A stretch of DNA of 57,340 nt. It comes from Verrucomicrobiota bacterium. GTDB lineage: Bacteria; Verrucomicrobiota; Verrucomicrobiia; Limisphaerales; CANJXF01. The position numbers and the translations under genes are program-made. Each line of letters opens with the position of its first letter. The first letter of the stretch is position 1. The notes below the pieces were generated by a model, which saw only the letters and a list, made by a program, of their open reading frames with translations, had not been told where the DNA came from and made no database searches. The DNA lies in assembly GCA_038214755.1 (NCBI GenBank), contig JBBQRQ010000022.1, forward strand, positions 1 through 57,340. Direction: 5' to 3'. Below are positions 8,227 through 18,559 of the stretch, piece by piece.

Positions 8227-9537
8227 CTAGAGAACCGTTCCATGAGGGATGATGGCGTTTTTTGGAATGATGACAATTCCATCGCGAATATAGTAAAGGG
8301 CGTGATCCATTTGGTCCGGTTTGCCAGCGGGAGAGAGAACGCAGTCTGATCCAATGCGGGCGTTCTTATCGATGATGGCGTTTTCGATACGCGTATTTTT
8401 TCCTATACCGATTCGCGGAATGCCTTGGTCTTCGTATTGCCGGATCGACGCGTCAGATTCGTAGTAATCACAACCCATCAAAATCGTGCGCGTTAATTGA
8501 CAACCTTCGGCCACGGTGCTGCGGATTCCGACCAGGCTGTGACTGATTCGGGCGTGATTGATGATGCAGCCATCGGAAATAATCGCGTGATTAATTTCGG
8601 CCCCGTTGATTTTCGACGCCGGCAAAAAGCGTGGGCGCGTGAAAATGGGCGCGCTCATGTCAAAAAAATTGAAGCGCGGCAGTTCGGAAACCAAGTCCAG
8701 GTTCGCCTCGAAAAAAGAGCGGATGGTTCCGATGTCCTCCCAGTAACCTTGGAAGACATAGGAAAAAACGCGGTGCGATTCAATGGCGCCGGGAATAATA
8801 TGTTTGCCAAAATCGGTGAAGTCGTTGTCGAGCAGACGCAGGAGAATCTCGCGATTGAAAACGTAAATGCCCATGGAGGCCAGGAACAATTCTTCCTCGG
8901 ATTGCATTTTGAATTTGGAATACAAATCACGTTCCAGTTTCAACGAGTCGAGCAGGGCCGGCTCCTTGGGTTTTTCGACGAACCGCGTGATTCGCCGCTC
9001 TGCATTGATTTGCATGATGCCGAGGGATTGTGCCTGGGACCGCGGCATCGGGATGGTGGCGATGGTGACATCGGCATTGGTTTCCAGATGTTGCGCGACG
9101 ATTTGCCGGAAATCCATTCGATACAATTGGTCGCCGCTGAGAATCAGCAGGTACTCGAAATCGTGGTTGAGAAAATGGGTGAGATTTTTTCGAACCGCAT
9201 CGGCCGTCCCTTGATACCACGAGGTGTCGCCGAAAGTTTGTTCCGCCGCCAGAATCTCCACAAAGCCGCCGGCGAAATGATCGAACTTGTAACTCTGAGA
9301 AATGTGGCGATGCAACGAAGCGGAATTAAACTGGGTTAACACATAAACGCGGCGGAGGTCCGAATTGATGCAATTGGAAATGGGAATATCGACGAGGCGA
9401 TATTTCCCGGCCAGCGGCACGGCGGGTTTGGCGCGGTCTCGTGTCAAGGGGAACAGGCGCAATCCCTGGCCGCCGCCCATAATGACCGAGAGGACCTTGC
9501 TTGTCTTGGGAGACATGCGCGTGGTGTTTTCTGCCAT
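8227..9537 (-). CDS. glgC: glucose-1-phosphate adenylyltransferase
   Basis: GGGQGLRLFPLTRDRAKPAVPLAGKYRLVDIPISNC, WYQGTADAVR, ASMGIYVF. Confidence 0.97.
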   Translation of the reverse strand: MAENTTRMSPKTSKVLSVIMGGGQGLRLFPLTRDRAKPAVPLAGKYRLVDIPISNCINSDLRRVYVLTQFNSASLHRHISQSYKFDHFAGGFVEILAAEQTFGDTSWYQGTADAVRKNLTHFLNHDFEYLLILSGDQLYRMDFRQIVAQHLETNADVTIATIPMPRSQAQSLGIMQINAERRITRFVEKPKEPALLDSLKLERDLYSKFKMQSEEELFLASMGIYVFNREILLRLLDNDFTDFGKHIIPGAIESHRVFSYVFQGYWEDIGTIRSFFEANLDLVSELPRFNFFDMSAPIFTRPRFLPASKINGAEINHAIISDGCIINHARISHSLVGIRSTVAEGCQLTRTILMGCDYYESDASIRQYEDQGIPRIGIGKNTRIENAIIDKNARIGSDCVLSPAGKPDQMDHALYYIRDGIVIIPKNAIIPHGTVL

Positions 9538-10162
9538 AATCCTTTTTCGCCAAAAATTCGGGCTGACCGTTTCTATACCTTGCGAGAGTGCGAGGGCAAG
9601 CTACTTCAGAAATGACACTCTCACAGAAGCCACTTACAAAGAATTCAAGCGGAACGTGTTTGCAGTCGATTCTGAAAACTACGACGGTGAAGACGTCGGT
9701 CCCTTTGAATATGCAATTCGCCGGGGGAAATTTGAAGAAGCTAAATTGCAACGGCTCATGGCCTTGGCGGAGCAGACGGATTTCTCCACGGCGAAACGAA
9801 AAGTAGCAGGCTGGCGGCGGCAATTGCAACGGACTCGGGGGATCATCATGCGGCTGGAAGGTCGAAAAAAGGAAGCGCGAGTGATCAGCAAATGGGGCGA
9901 AGCGTTGGGAGGGTTTCTACTGCGTGTGTCAAATCCCGGGATTTGAGGTGGACCAGTTTTCAAAGGAAATAATATGTTTCCGAATCCCGAATCGCACGAT
10001 CTCGGTTTGTGATTTCAAATTCAATTTGCGCATGAAACGGGCGTGATGAGTGCGATGATTTTTTTCATAATATGGGTTGGAAAGAATTTCTGCCGGCCAG
10101 AAAAAATTGAGTTTTCATTTCGCAAAGTCCGGATCCGGCGCGCGATTCGAGCTTAAGCTGGG

Positions 10163-11212
10163 CTACATATTGCGAATTCGAGCCAGCGCTTTAGCCGCCG
10201 CTTCACGCACCCAGTATTCCTCGTTATCCAATCCGGCTTCGAGCAAGGGGACCATTTTTTGCGCTTCTTCTGAAATGCGCCATTCGAAATTAATTATTTG
10301 CAGCGCGTTGGCCGCGGCATGGCGCACGACACTTTCCCGGTCGATGAGTGTTGCGATCAATTCCCTGACCGAGCGCGGGTCGCGTAATTGAGTGAGACTC
10401 TCCACGGCTTTTTTTCGCACATCGGTGTCTTTGTCCTTCAACATCGAGATAATCGGGTCGAGCACATCGGGACTTTTTATGTAGTCCAAAGCGGTGATGG
10501 CCGCCACACGCACTTCGTAGCTCGGGTCCTTCAACAGCGGCAGAATCACCGGCAAATATTCCAACTTCCCGGTTTTGCCAATCGCTTCCACCGCTGAAGC
10601 GCGAATGTGCGGCACTTCGTTTTTAAATGATTTTAGCATCGGCGCGATCCTCCGCTCATCCGTCGAACTGGTCAGGGCGTGCAACGCCGCCACCCGCACC
10701 GGCAGGTCGGCGTCAGTCAATAAATCGATGAACGGTTCGATGAAACGCGGATTCTCTTTGCGCGTTTGAAATCGTTCGAGGGTTTCAGTCACGCCCAGGC
10801 GCACCGCGGGCGAACCACTTTTCAACAGGGGCAACAAAAGATCCACCGCCGCTTCTTCACTCAGACTAATTGAGTCAAAGTTTTCCTGCGCGATGGCCTT
10901 GAGCACTCGCTCTTCTGAGGTGTGCGGTTCCCAACGCAACAAGTCCAGGGCGTCCGCTGCGTTTCGGCGCACCGTAAAATCTGAATTCCGGAGTGAAGGC
11001 AAAAGCGCGGCGATACAGGGCGCCGGATCGGTTTCCCGCAAGATGCCGACGGCGTTGAGCGCCGCAGTCCGAACACCGGCGTCTTCGTCGTGCAATGCTT
11101 GCGCGAACAAATGAATTTCTTTGATTACCGCGTGGTGACTCAGGGCGTTGATCGCTCTGATTCGAGTCTTGGCGTCGTTAGATTTGAGACGCGAGTGATT
11201 TAACCAGCGCAT
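10163..11212 (-). CDS. HEAT/PBS-lyase repeat protein
   Basis: Many LxDxDxxVRxxAxxAL repeats. Confidence 0.9.
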   Translation of the reverse strand: MRWLNHSRLKSNDAKTRIRAINALSHHAVIKEIHLFAQALHDEDAGVRTAALNAVGILRETDPAPCIAALLPSLRNSDFTVRRNAADALDLLRWEPHTSEERVLKAIAQENFDSISLSEEAAVDLLLPLLKSGSPAVRLGVTETLERFQTRKENPRFIEPFIDLLTDADLPVRVAALHALTSSTDERRIAPMLKSFKNEVPHIRASAVEAIGKTGKLEYLPVILPLLKDPSYEVRVAAITALDYIKSPDVLDPIISMLKDKDTDVRKKAVESLTQLRDPRSVRELIATLIDRESVVRHAAANALQIINFEWRISEEAQKMVPLLEAGLDNEEYWVREAAAKALARIRNM

Positions 11213-11303
11213 ATGTTAATTTCGTTGCATGATGACAAATCGGCAGTGGTGTGAGAAGCATTTCACAAACCAAAAATTTTAAAAAGCTTTTTTCAGACGC
11301 GCC

Positions 11304-11362
11304 GGTTGGAGTTCAAGCTTTGGCTTGCGGACGTGGAACAAGCTAAAGCTTGAACTCCAACC
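11304..11362. repeat. REP-like palindrome GGTTGGAGTTCAAGCTTT / AAAGCTTGAACTCCAACC
   Basis: Perfect 18-bp inverted arms. A degenerate right arm occurs near 2824-2846. Confidence 0.75.
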
Positions 11363-11438
11363 AAGGCTCCGTTTCTCCTCGGCTCTCCGCTCATTTTCCT
11401 TTTGCCTCTCCTTTCTCTTGTCCAATACTCCCGCCGTG

Positions 11439-12674
11439 ATGCTCATTGCCGCATTTGCCGTTCTTCTCTTTTTTGCGGTCGCGAGTTTTTTCTTCGCCCT
11501 GGCGGAGGCGGCGCTTTTTTCACTCGGCAAATGGCAAATCAGACAGTTGGTCGAAAACTCTCCGCAGTCTGGCTCCATCGTGGCCAGGTTGCTCGCGCAG
11601 CCGCAGGATTTGCTGGCGACCATCGTCATGGGCAACACCTTCGCCAACGCTGGAATCGTCGGCACCGTGCTGTGGCTCGATTGGTTGGAAGACTGGCCGT
11701 TGTTGCCCTCGCTGGCCGGGCTGTTGATTTTTATTTTGTTGGGAGTGGAAATCGCGCCCAAGGCCTTCGCCGTGCGCGCGCCCGAATTGTGGTCGCTCCG
11801 TCTGGCCCAGCCCATGTCTCTTTTGCAAAAGTCCATCCGGCCTCTGCGAGAAGTTGCGCAAAAACTGAACAACTTGATTTTGCGCGCTGTCCCGAAATCG
11901 GTCAAACCGCAGACCACGATGTCCGACGAGGAATATCAAGAGCTTCTCGAACTGGCCTATCAACAGGGCACGCTCGCCCGCTCCGAGAAGGAAATTATTT
12001 TGGAAATCATTCGGCTGGATCGCCGCACCGCTAAAGACGTGATGCGGCCCCGTTCGCAAATGGCCTGCATACCCGACGATTTGTCGCTTGAAGAAATGAT
12101 GGCTGCCGCGCGGAAATTCAAACATCGTCGCTTGCCCATGTACGATGAAACGCCCGACACCATCGTCGGCGTGCTCAACACCCGCGTTCTTTTGCTCGAC
12201 CCGCAAATTGATCTGGTGGACGCGATTGAATTTCCCTCCTTCGTTCCCGAGAGCATGAATCTTTTTCTGCTGCTAAAAAGTTTGCAACGCCAACAACGCG
12301 GCATCGCCATCGTCCTCGACGAATTTGGCGGCACAGCGGGACTCGTGACGATGGAAGATATTTTGGAAGAGATGATCGGTGAAATTCGCGGCGAAGATGA
12401 AGCCCACGGTTTTGTCATGGAGAAATTGGGCGCGGGGCGCTGGCGTGTGGCGGGCACAATGCGCATCGAAGATTTTCGGCGCGAGTTTCCACAGCTCGGT
12501 GAAGTGGACGTGGCCGAAACGCTCGGTGGATTGCTCCTGAACCAATTGGGCGTGGTGCCTGCGGCGGGGGAGTCGGCGAGTTTTCGTGGATTGCGTCTCA
12601 CTGCGCAAAGCGTGGACGAACGCCGCGTCAAAGAACTTTTGGTGGAAGCGACCAACCGAAGGGGCACGTCTTGA
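11439..12674 (+). CDS. CNNM/CBS/CorC hemolysin-family protein
   Basis: DUF21 TM region (FFFALAEAALFSL), tandem CBS (AKDVMRPR, IVLDEFGGTAGLVTMEDILEE) and a CorC-type C-terminus. Confidence 0.9.
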   Translation: MLIAAFAVLLFFAVASFFFALAEAALFSLGKWQIRQLVENSPQSGSIVARLLAQPQDLLATIVMGNTFANAGIVGTVLWLDWLEDWPLLPSLAGLLIFILLGVEIAPKAFAVRAPELWSLRLAQPMSLLQKSIRPLREVAQKLNNLILRAVPKSVKPQTTMSDEEYQELLELAYQQGTLARSEKEIILEIIRLDRRTAKDVMRPRSQMACIPDDLSLEEMMAAARKFKHRRLPMYDETPDTIVGVLNTRVLLLDPQIDLVDAIEFPSFVPESMNLFLLLKSLQRQQRGIAIVLDEFGGTAGLVTMEDILEEMIGEIRGEDEAHGFVMEKLGAGRWRVAGTMRIEDFRREFPQLGEVDVAETLGGLLLNQLGVVPAAGESASFRGLRLTAQSVDERRVKELLVEATNRRGTS

Positions 12675-12696
12675 AAACGTGTTGTCCAAACCAACT

Positions 12697-12956
12697 AGGA
12701 GCGCGGACGTTCTCGTCCGCGTGTTTCAAAACGGATAAAACTCCCGCGATTTCGCCCCTTCCGATTAACGCGGACGAGAACGTCCGCGCTCCTTTCCATT
12801 TGGGCAACACGCCCTTGAGAGGCCGTTGCCCAAATCAAGATGACGCGGAAGGAGCGCGGCGTTTACGCCGCTTCAGCGCTGGCGCGTCAGAGTTTCGTGA
12901 CTATTCTTGGAAATTTTCTCCTCGCGTGAGGCGAAGCGGCGTGAACGCCGCGCTCC
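12697..12956. repeat. two adjacent GGAG-type REP-like palindromes
   Basis: AGGAGCGCGGACGTTCTCGTCCGCG arms at 12697-12793 and GGAGCGCGGCGTTTACGCCGCTTC arms at 12851-12956. Confidence 0.85.
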
Positions 12957-12996
12957 CGCCTTCGGGCAAGAGGCGCCCCAACCGGAGACAGCCCCG

Positions 12997-13989
12997 ATGA
13001 ATAATTTGAACACAACCCTTTTTTTTGTTTTCGGATTTTGTCTGGCGCTCTCTTTCCTTTTTTCGGGAATGGAATCTGGCGTGTTCGCGCTGAATCGACT
13101 GCGCATTCGGCAACTGATGCGCGCGGGCAATCGACGCGCCACGGTTTTGCACGGCTATCTGGAGAATTCTGAAAATTTTCTTTGGACCATTTTTGTCGGC
13201 AACACCGTGGTCAATGTCACGCTCTACACCCTGATCGCGTTGAGTCTGAATCATTGGTTGCAAAATCATCCTGCCGTTGAACTTTTTTTGTTTCTCCTCG
13301 CCATCTTTTTATTTTTTATTTTTTGCGAACTGCTGCCCAAGACTTTGTTCCGCCTTTTTCCAAATCGGCTCTGCCTTTTTTTGGCGCGGCCATTTCGCGT
13401 GATTCACGTGGCGCTCCGTCCGCTGGTCGCGCTGGCCTCGTGGTTCTCGCGCAAACTTCTGCCATGGACCGGAGGAAAAGTTTTTACCGGACGACTTTCG
13501 GGAGGTCGTGAAGAACTTCGTTTTGTCATGCAGGAATCGTCTCACAGCCTGAGCGCCGAGGAAAAAAAAATGATCAACCGCGTGCTCGATTTACAAAATT
13601 TAACCGTCTCCCAAATCACCGTCCCGTTGGCGGACACCGTCACCGTCACGACAAAAACTTCGATGGAAGAAGCCCTGAAAATCTCGCGTGAAAAAAATGT
13701 CACCCGCCTGCCCGTGATGGAAAAGCAATCGGGCCGCGACCACATCATCGGCGTGATTAGCCTGAAAAAAATCCTTTATCGCGATGATTTGGATTTGGCG
13801 AAAACGGCGGAGGATTACGTCAACCCCGCTCTTTATCTACGCGAAGATTTGCGGCTGGAAGAAGCGTTGCGGCGGATGCAGCGCAGTGGCCGGCGTCTGG
13901 CCATCGTCCTCGGCCCGAATCAAAAAGAAATTGGCGTCATCAGTTTGCAGGATATTCTCAAAGTAATTTTTGGAGAGGTCAGTCTTTGA
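12997..13989 (+). CDS. CNNM/CBS domain protein lacking the CorC C-terminal domain
   Basis: SFLFSGMESGVFALNRLRI, ELLPK and a CBS pair, ending IFGEVSL. Confidence 0.88.
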   Translation: MNNLNTTLFFVFGFCLALSFLFSGMESGVFALNRLRIRQLMRAGNRRATVLHGYLENSENFLWTIFVGNTVVNVTLYTLIALSLNHWLQNHPAVELFLFLLAIFLFFIFCELLPKTLFRLFPNRLCLFLARPFRVIHVALRPLVALASWFSRKLLPWTGGKVFTGRLSGGREELRFVMQESSHSLSAEEKKMINRVLDLQNLTVSQITVPLADTVTVTTKTSMEEALKISREKNVTRLPVMEKQSGRDHIIGVISLKKILYRDDLDLAKTAEDYVNPALYLREDLRLEEALRRMQRSGRRLAIVLGPNQKEIGVISLQDILKVIFGEVSL

Positions 13990-13990
13990 A

Positions 13991-15325
13991 ATGCACTTCG
14001 ATCCTTCCATTCTCCTGAAATTATTCGCGGTCGTTTTCCTCGTGCTCCTGAATGGATTTTTTGTCGCCGCCGAATTTGCGCTGGTAAAAATTCGCGACAC
14101 GCAACTGGACGCGTTGGTCAATCGCGGTCATCGCGCCGCCAAACTGGTGCGGCACATCCTCGCCCACCTCAACGCGTATCTCAGCACCACTCAACTTGGA
14201 ATTACCATGGCCAGTCTCGGGTTGGGTTGGATCGGTGAACCCGTTTTTTCCGCCGTGCTCAAACCGGTTCTGTCGCTGATTTCAATCCCCGAGCGCAGCC
14301 AACATTACATTTCTTTTGTCGTCGGATTTTCCGCGATCACTTTTCTTCACATCGTCGCTGGCGAACTCGCGCCCAAATGGTTTGCCATTCAAAAGCCTTT
14401 GCCCGTTTCACTCTGGGCCGCGCTCCCGCTCAAATGGTTTTATCTTGCCTCCTATCCAATCAATCGAACGCTCAATGTCACCGCGCAATGGCTGTTGCGC
14501 CGCTTTGGCATCGAGCCGGTCAGCGAATCCGAAATCATCCACTCCGAGGAGGAATTGCGTTTGATGGTGCTGACGTCGCAAAAGCAAACCGGCGCGAGCC
14601 AACTCGGTCGCGCGATTGTTTTAAACGCTTTGGATCTAAGCCGCCGCGTCGTGCGGGATGTGATGCGTCCGCGCAACGAAATGATTTCGTTTGATACCGA
14701 CGCGACGATTGCGGAGTGCATTGACGTTGCGGAAAAATCCCGCTACTCCCGTTTTCCTTTGAGCGAAAGTGGGAACATCGACAAGACCCTCGGCGTGGTT
14801 CACATCAAAGATTTGTATGCCATGCGGTTAAAAACTCGGACCGCCGCCGAGTTGAAACCGGTCGCGCGCAAGTTGATTTATGTTCCCGAAACTTCACGGC
14901 TCGAAAAGTTGTTGCAGCTTTTTCTCGACCGAAAATCGCATTTCGCCATCGTGGTGGACGAATACGGCGGGACGGTCGGGATGGTGACGCTCGAAAATAT
15001 TCTGGAGGAACTGGTCGGACAAATTCAGGATGAGTTCGATCAGGAACAGCCGCTGTTAAAAAAGCAAGACGACCGCACCTGGGAAATTTTGGGCGCGTTG
15101 CCGCTCCACGACCTTTCGGATTTGGTTGGAGAAATGTTGCAGGAGGAAGGCGTCACCACGACAAGCGGCTGGGTCACGCATCAGCTCGGCGGATTTCCTA
15201 AAGCCGGCGAAACGTTGCCCGTGGGAAATTTCGATTTGCGCGTGGAAGAAATGGATGGTTCGCGCGTGGCGCGGCTGAAGTTGACGGAAAGAGAAAACGG
15301 GGAAAGGGAGAAAGGGGGAAAGTGA
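13991..15325 (+). CDS. hemolysin-family (CNNM/CBS/CorC) protein
   Basis: LNGFFVAAEFALVK, QLGITMASLGLGWIGEP, GELAPK, VVDEYGGTVGMVTLENILEELVGQIQDEFD. Confidence 0.93.
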   Translation: MHFDPSILLKLFAVVFLVLLNGFFVAAEFALVKIRDTQLDALVNRGHRAAKLVRHILAHLNAYLSTTQLGITMASLGLGWIGEPVFSAVLKPVLSLISIPERSQHYISFVVGFSAITFLHIVAGELAPKWFAIQKPLPVSLWAALPLKWFYLASYPINRTLNVTAQWLLRRFGIEPVSESEIIHSEEELRLMVLTSQKQTGASQLGRAIVLNALDLSRRVVRDVMRPRNEMISFDTDATIAECIDVAEKSRYSRFPLSESGNIDKTLGVVHIKDLYAMRLKTRTAAELKPVARKLIYVPETSRLEKLLQLFLDRKSHFAIVVDEYGGTVGMVTLENILEELVGQIQDEFDQEQPLLKKQDDRTWEILGALPLHDLSDLVGEMLQEEGVTTTSGWVTHQLGGFPKAGETLPVGNFDLRVEEMDGSRVARLKLTERENGEREKGGK

Positions 15326-15630
15326 GAAAGGGAGCGACGGAACGCTGATCTCCTGATCGGCTCGTCGAAAATGTGGAGCGTTCCAATGCCGATCAGGAGA
15401 TCGGCGTTCCGTTATTTTGCGCGTCTTGCCAAATGGAAGGAGCGCCGACGTTCTCGTCCGCGTGAATCGGGAGGGACCAAATCGGAAGGGTTTTATCCGT
15501 TTGAAAACGCGCGGACCCGCCGTGAAGAATTGGGCGAAGAAAGGGGGAAAGTGAGAAAGGGAGCGACACGATTCTCCCTTTCTCCCTTTCCCACTTTCTC
15601 CCTTTCTCACCCCCTCACTTTCTCCCTTTC
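15309..15630. repeat. composite repeat: 30-bp direct repeat, REP-like palindromes and purine/pyrimidine octamer arms
   Basis: AGAAAGGGGGAAAGTGAGAAAGGGAGCGAC at 15309-15338 and 15538-15567, a GGAACGC..GATCTCCTGATCGGC palindrome at 15337-15412, and a CTCCCTTT-type tract at 15572-15630. Confidence 0.85.
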
Positions 15631-15684
15631 CAAGAACTCCGGCTTGACTATATTCGCGCAGCAAATTTCAGTGAGTTTCAAATT

Positions 15685-16317
15685 ATGAAAAAATACGCGC
15701 TCGGTTGTGGTGGGATCTTAATTCTGCTTGTTCTGATTTTCGGAATGAGCGGATGCAACAGTTACAACCGGCTGGTCAGTCTTTCCCAGAACGTCGATAA
15801 AAAATGGGCGGACGTGCAGGGTCAATACCAGCGCCGCTTGGATCTAATTCCCAATCTGGTGAAGACGGTCGAAGGCGCGGCCAACTTCGAGAAATCCACT
15901 CTCACGGAAATCACCCAAGCCCGCGCTTCGGTTGGCCAGGTAAAACTCGATCCGAGCAAAGCGCCGGATGATCCCGAGCAACTGAAAAAATTCCAACAAA
16001 CCCAGGACCAACTCTCCGGCGCGTTGTCGCGATTGCTGGTGGTGGCCGAACGCTATCCAGAATTGCGGGCCACTTCAAATTTCCGCGATCTCCAGGCGCA
16101 ACTGGAAGGAACAGAAAACCGAATCGCCGTGGAACGAAGTAATTTCAACGAAGCGGTGCAGAGTTATAACACCGTCGCGCAACGGTTCCCCGGAATGATT
16201 TTCGCCCGGCTTTTTGGCTACAAACCAAAACCGTATTTTCAGGCGCAAGCAGGATCGGAGACTGCGCCGAAGGTAAATTTTGAGTTTGGGAAACCCGCCA
16301 CACCTCCTGCCAAATGA
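15685..16317 (+). CDS. lemA: LemA family protein
   Basis: YNRLV..QYQRRLDLIPNLV..ERYPELRA..LEGTENRIAVER. Confidence 0.95.
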   Translation: MKKYALGCGGILILLVLIFGMSGCNSYNRLVSLSQNVDKKWADVQGQYQRRLDLIPNLVKTVEGAANFEKSTLTEITQARASVGQVKLDPSKAPDDPEQLKKFQQTQDQLSGALSRLLVVAERYPELRATSNFRDLQAQLEGTENRIAVERSNFNEAVQSYNTVAQRFPGMIFARLFGYKPKPYFQAQAGSETAPKVNFEFGKPATPPAK

Positions 16318-16319
16318 TA

Positions 16320-17117
16320 ATGGCGCGCGTGAAAAATCTTTCTTTGGGGAAATTTTTTCCGCTGCTGATCCAATTCTCGTTTTGCTTCGCGCTGGGAAAC
16401 GTGGTTGACGCGGCCGAAGTAATCCCGCCGAAACCCGCCCGCTATTTCAACGATTACGCCAGCAAGATTTCTCCCGGCGTCGCTTCGCAATTAAATTCCA
16501 CGCTGGAAGATTTTGAACGAAAAACTTCCAGCCAGATTGTCGTCGCAGTTTTTCCAAAGATGCAAAGCGATTCCTCGCTGGAAGATTATGCGCAAAGAAT
16601 TTACCAGGCTTGGGGCATCGGACAAAAAGGCACCAACAACGGCGCGCTCCTCCTCATTTTTCTCGCAGACCGAAAAATGCGGATTCAGACGGGCTACGGT
16701 TTGGAAGGCGCGTTGCCCGACGCGATTGGCAAACGAATCATCGAAGACGAGATCAAACCGCATTTTCAAAAAAGCGATTTCGATGGCGGATTAATCGCCG
16801 GCGTGAATGCGATTCTGCTCGCGACCAAAGGCGAATACAAAGGCAGCGGACGAACGGTCGCCGAAAGGGGCGGAGCGAGACGCAATTCTTCCAGTCTAGT
16901 TTTTTCGCTGCTTTTCGCGTTTTTCGTTTTGATGACGCTCTTGCGCTTGGTGCGTCGAAGCGGGGTGGTTTACGGTCGGCGCGGAAGAACTTATCTCGGC
17001 GGCTTTCCCATGGCAGGCTGGGGCGGATCGTCTGGTTTTTCCGGCGGCGGAGGTGGCGGAGGTTTTTCGGGCGGCGGAGGGAGTTCCGGCGGCGGAGGCG
17101 CCAGCGGGAGTTGGTAA
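16320..17117 (+). CDS. TPM-domain (DUF477) membrane protein with Gly-rich tail
   Basis: WGIGQKGTNNGALL, IQTGYGLEGALPD, GGGSSGGGGASGSW. The start could instead be 16314. Confidence 0.92.
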   Translation: MARVKNLSLGKFFPLLIQFSFCFALGNVVDAAEVIPPKPARYFNDYASKISPGVASQLNSTLEDFERKTSSQIVVAVFPKMQSDSSLEDYAQRIYQAWGIGQKGTNNGALLLIFLADRKMRIQTGYGLEGALPDAIGKRIIEDEIKPHFQKSDFDGGLIAGVNAILLATKGEYKGSGRTVAERGGARRNSSSLVFSLLFAFFVLMTLLRLVRRSGVVYGRRGRTYLGGFPMAGWGGSSGFSGGGGGGGFSGGGGSSGGGGASGSW

Positions 17118-17118
17118 T

Positions 17119-17553
17119 ATGAAACCAAAACAATTCATCAGCCAACTGGACGAGAAAAAAATCGTCGCCGCCATTGCCGAGGCGGAAAAGAAAACGTCTG
17201 GAGAAATTCGCGTTTACATCTCGGACAAGAAACGCGACGACCCATTGACTGCGGCGAAAAACCGTTTTGAAAAGTTGGGCATGACGAAAACCCGTTTGCG
17301 AAACGGCGTCTTGATTTATATCGCGCCGGTCAGCCAAAAATTTGCCATCGTCGGCGATTCTGGAATCAACGAAAAATGCGGGGAAAAATTTTGGCGCCGG
17401 TTGAGCGCCGAGATGAGCGAACTGCTCAAAGAAGGAAAGTTCACCCAAGCGATCGTGCAAACGTTGAATGAAGCCGGAGCAATGTTGGCCCGCTATTTTC
17501 CCGCCGCGCCAGATGACAAGAACGAATTGCCCAATAAAATCCTTCGCGACTGA
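17119..17553 (+). CDS. TPM-domain protein
   Basis: AIAEAEKKTSGEIRV, RNGVLIY, GDSGINEK, DDKNELPN. Confidence 0.92.
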   Translation: MKPKQFISQLDEKKIVAAIAEAEKKTSGEIRVYISDKKRDDPLTAAKNRFEKLGMTKTRLRNGVLIYIAPVSQKFAIVGDSGINEKCGEKFWRRLSAEMSELLKEGKFTQAIVQTLNEAGAMLARYFPAAPDDKNELPNKILRD

Positions 17554-17558
17554 GAATC

Positions 17559-17743
17559 GGGTAGCATCTGCCTCCGGCGGGTGCGGGTTCTGAAGTCCGG
17601 GTAGCATCTGCCTCTGGCGGGTGCGGATTCTGAAGTTCAAGGAACGCCGATCTCTGATCGGCCATCAAACAGAAAATCTTTTGCGAGCCGAGAGATCGGC
17701 GGTCCAGAAGCGAATCCGCACCCGCCTGAGGCAGATGCTACCC
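17559..17743. repeat. nested REP-like element with a tandemly duplicated left arm
   Basis: GGGTAGCATCTGCCTC arm twice (40-bp tandem), an inner GGAACGCCGATCTC palindrome, and the right arm at 17717-17743. Confidence 0.85.
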
Positions 17744-17752
17744 AAAGATTGA

Positions 17753-18559
17753 GTGAAGCCAAAATCCACAAATCAAATTCTTCGCTGGACAGCGGGTTCG
17801 CCACCGGTGAAATGCGACGACGAATTTGCCACCGAAGAGCCGCTGGAAATTCGCGTGGATAATCAGCCGGTGAGCGTGACCATGCGCACGCCGGGACACG
17901 ACGAAGAATTGGCCGCTGGATTTTTGGTCACGGAAGGCTTGATCAAAAAACGGAGCGACATTTTGAAAATCGAACCGCACCCGCGGAATCGAGACAAAAA
18001 TGTGGTCAATGTTTTTTTGTCGCCGGATGTCTCCGTGGATTTTAAGCAACTCACCCGGCATGTTTTTGCGTCGTCGAGTTGTGGTTTGTGCGGCAAGGCG
18101 ACGATTGCCGCGGTGCATCAACATTTTCCGGGAATAAAATCCAAAGTGTCAATGAGCGCGAAAATCATTTTGGGTCTCTCCAAAAAACTGCGCGCGGCGC
18201 AAGAGACATTTGCACGCACCGGCGGCCTGCATGCCGCCGCGGTTTTTGATCTGGAGGGAAATTCAATGGCGCTCCGTGAGGATGTCGGTCGTCACAATGC
18301 GGTGGACAAAGTTTTGGGCCACGGTTTTCTCGAAGGCAATTTTCCTTTCGAGAAAAAAATCCTTCTCGTCAGCGGGCGGGCCTCGTTTGAAATTTTACAA
18401 AAAGCGTTGGCGGCGCGGATTCCAATCGTCTGCGCGGTGTCTGCGCCGTCGAGTCTGGCCGTGGAATTCGCGCGAGAGAGCGGACAGACATTGGTCGGGT
18501 TTTTGCGCGAAGATCGGATGAATATTTATTCGCACCCAGGGCGAATAAACTTTGGCTAA
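17753..18559 (+). CDS. fdhD: formate dehydrogenase accessory sulfurtransferase FdhD
   Basis: EEPLEI, TMRTPGHDEELAAGFL, SSCGLCG, TGGLHAAA, EDVGRHNAVDK. Confidence 0.96.
   Translation: MKPKSTNQILRWTAGSPPVKCDDEFATEEPLEIRVDNQPVSVTMRTPGHDEELAAGFLVTEGLIKKRSDILKIEPHPRNRDKNVVNVFLSPDVSVDFKQLTRHVFASSSCGLCGKATIAAVHQHFPGIKSKVSMSAKIILGLSKKLRAAQETFARTGGLHAAAVFDLEGNSMALREDVGRHNAVDKVLGHGFLEGNFPFEKKILLVSGRASFEILQKALAARIPIVCAVSAPSSLAVEFARESGQTLVGFLREDRMNIYSHPGRINFG

Noticed and set aside
9560..10100. Candidate small genes upstream of glgC on either strand
   Set aside because: Several frames are open but none has a clear start or recognisable motif. Left uncalled.
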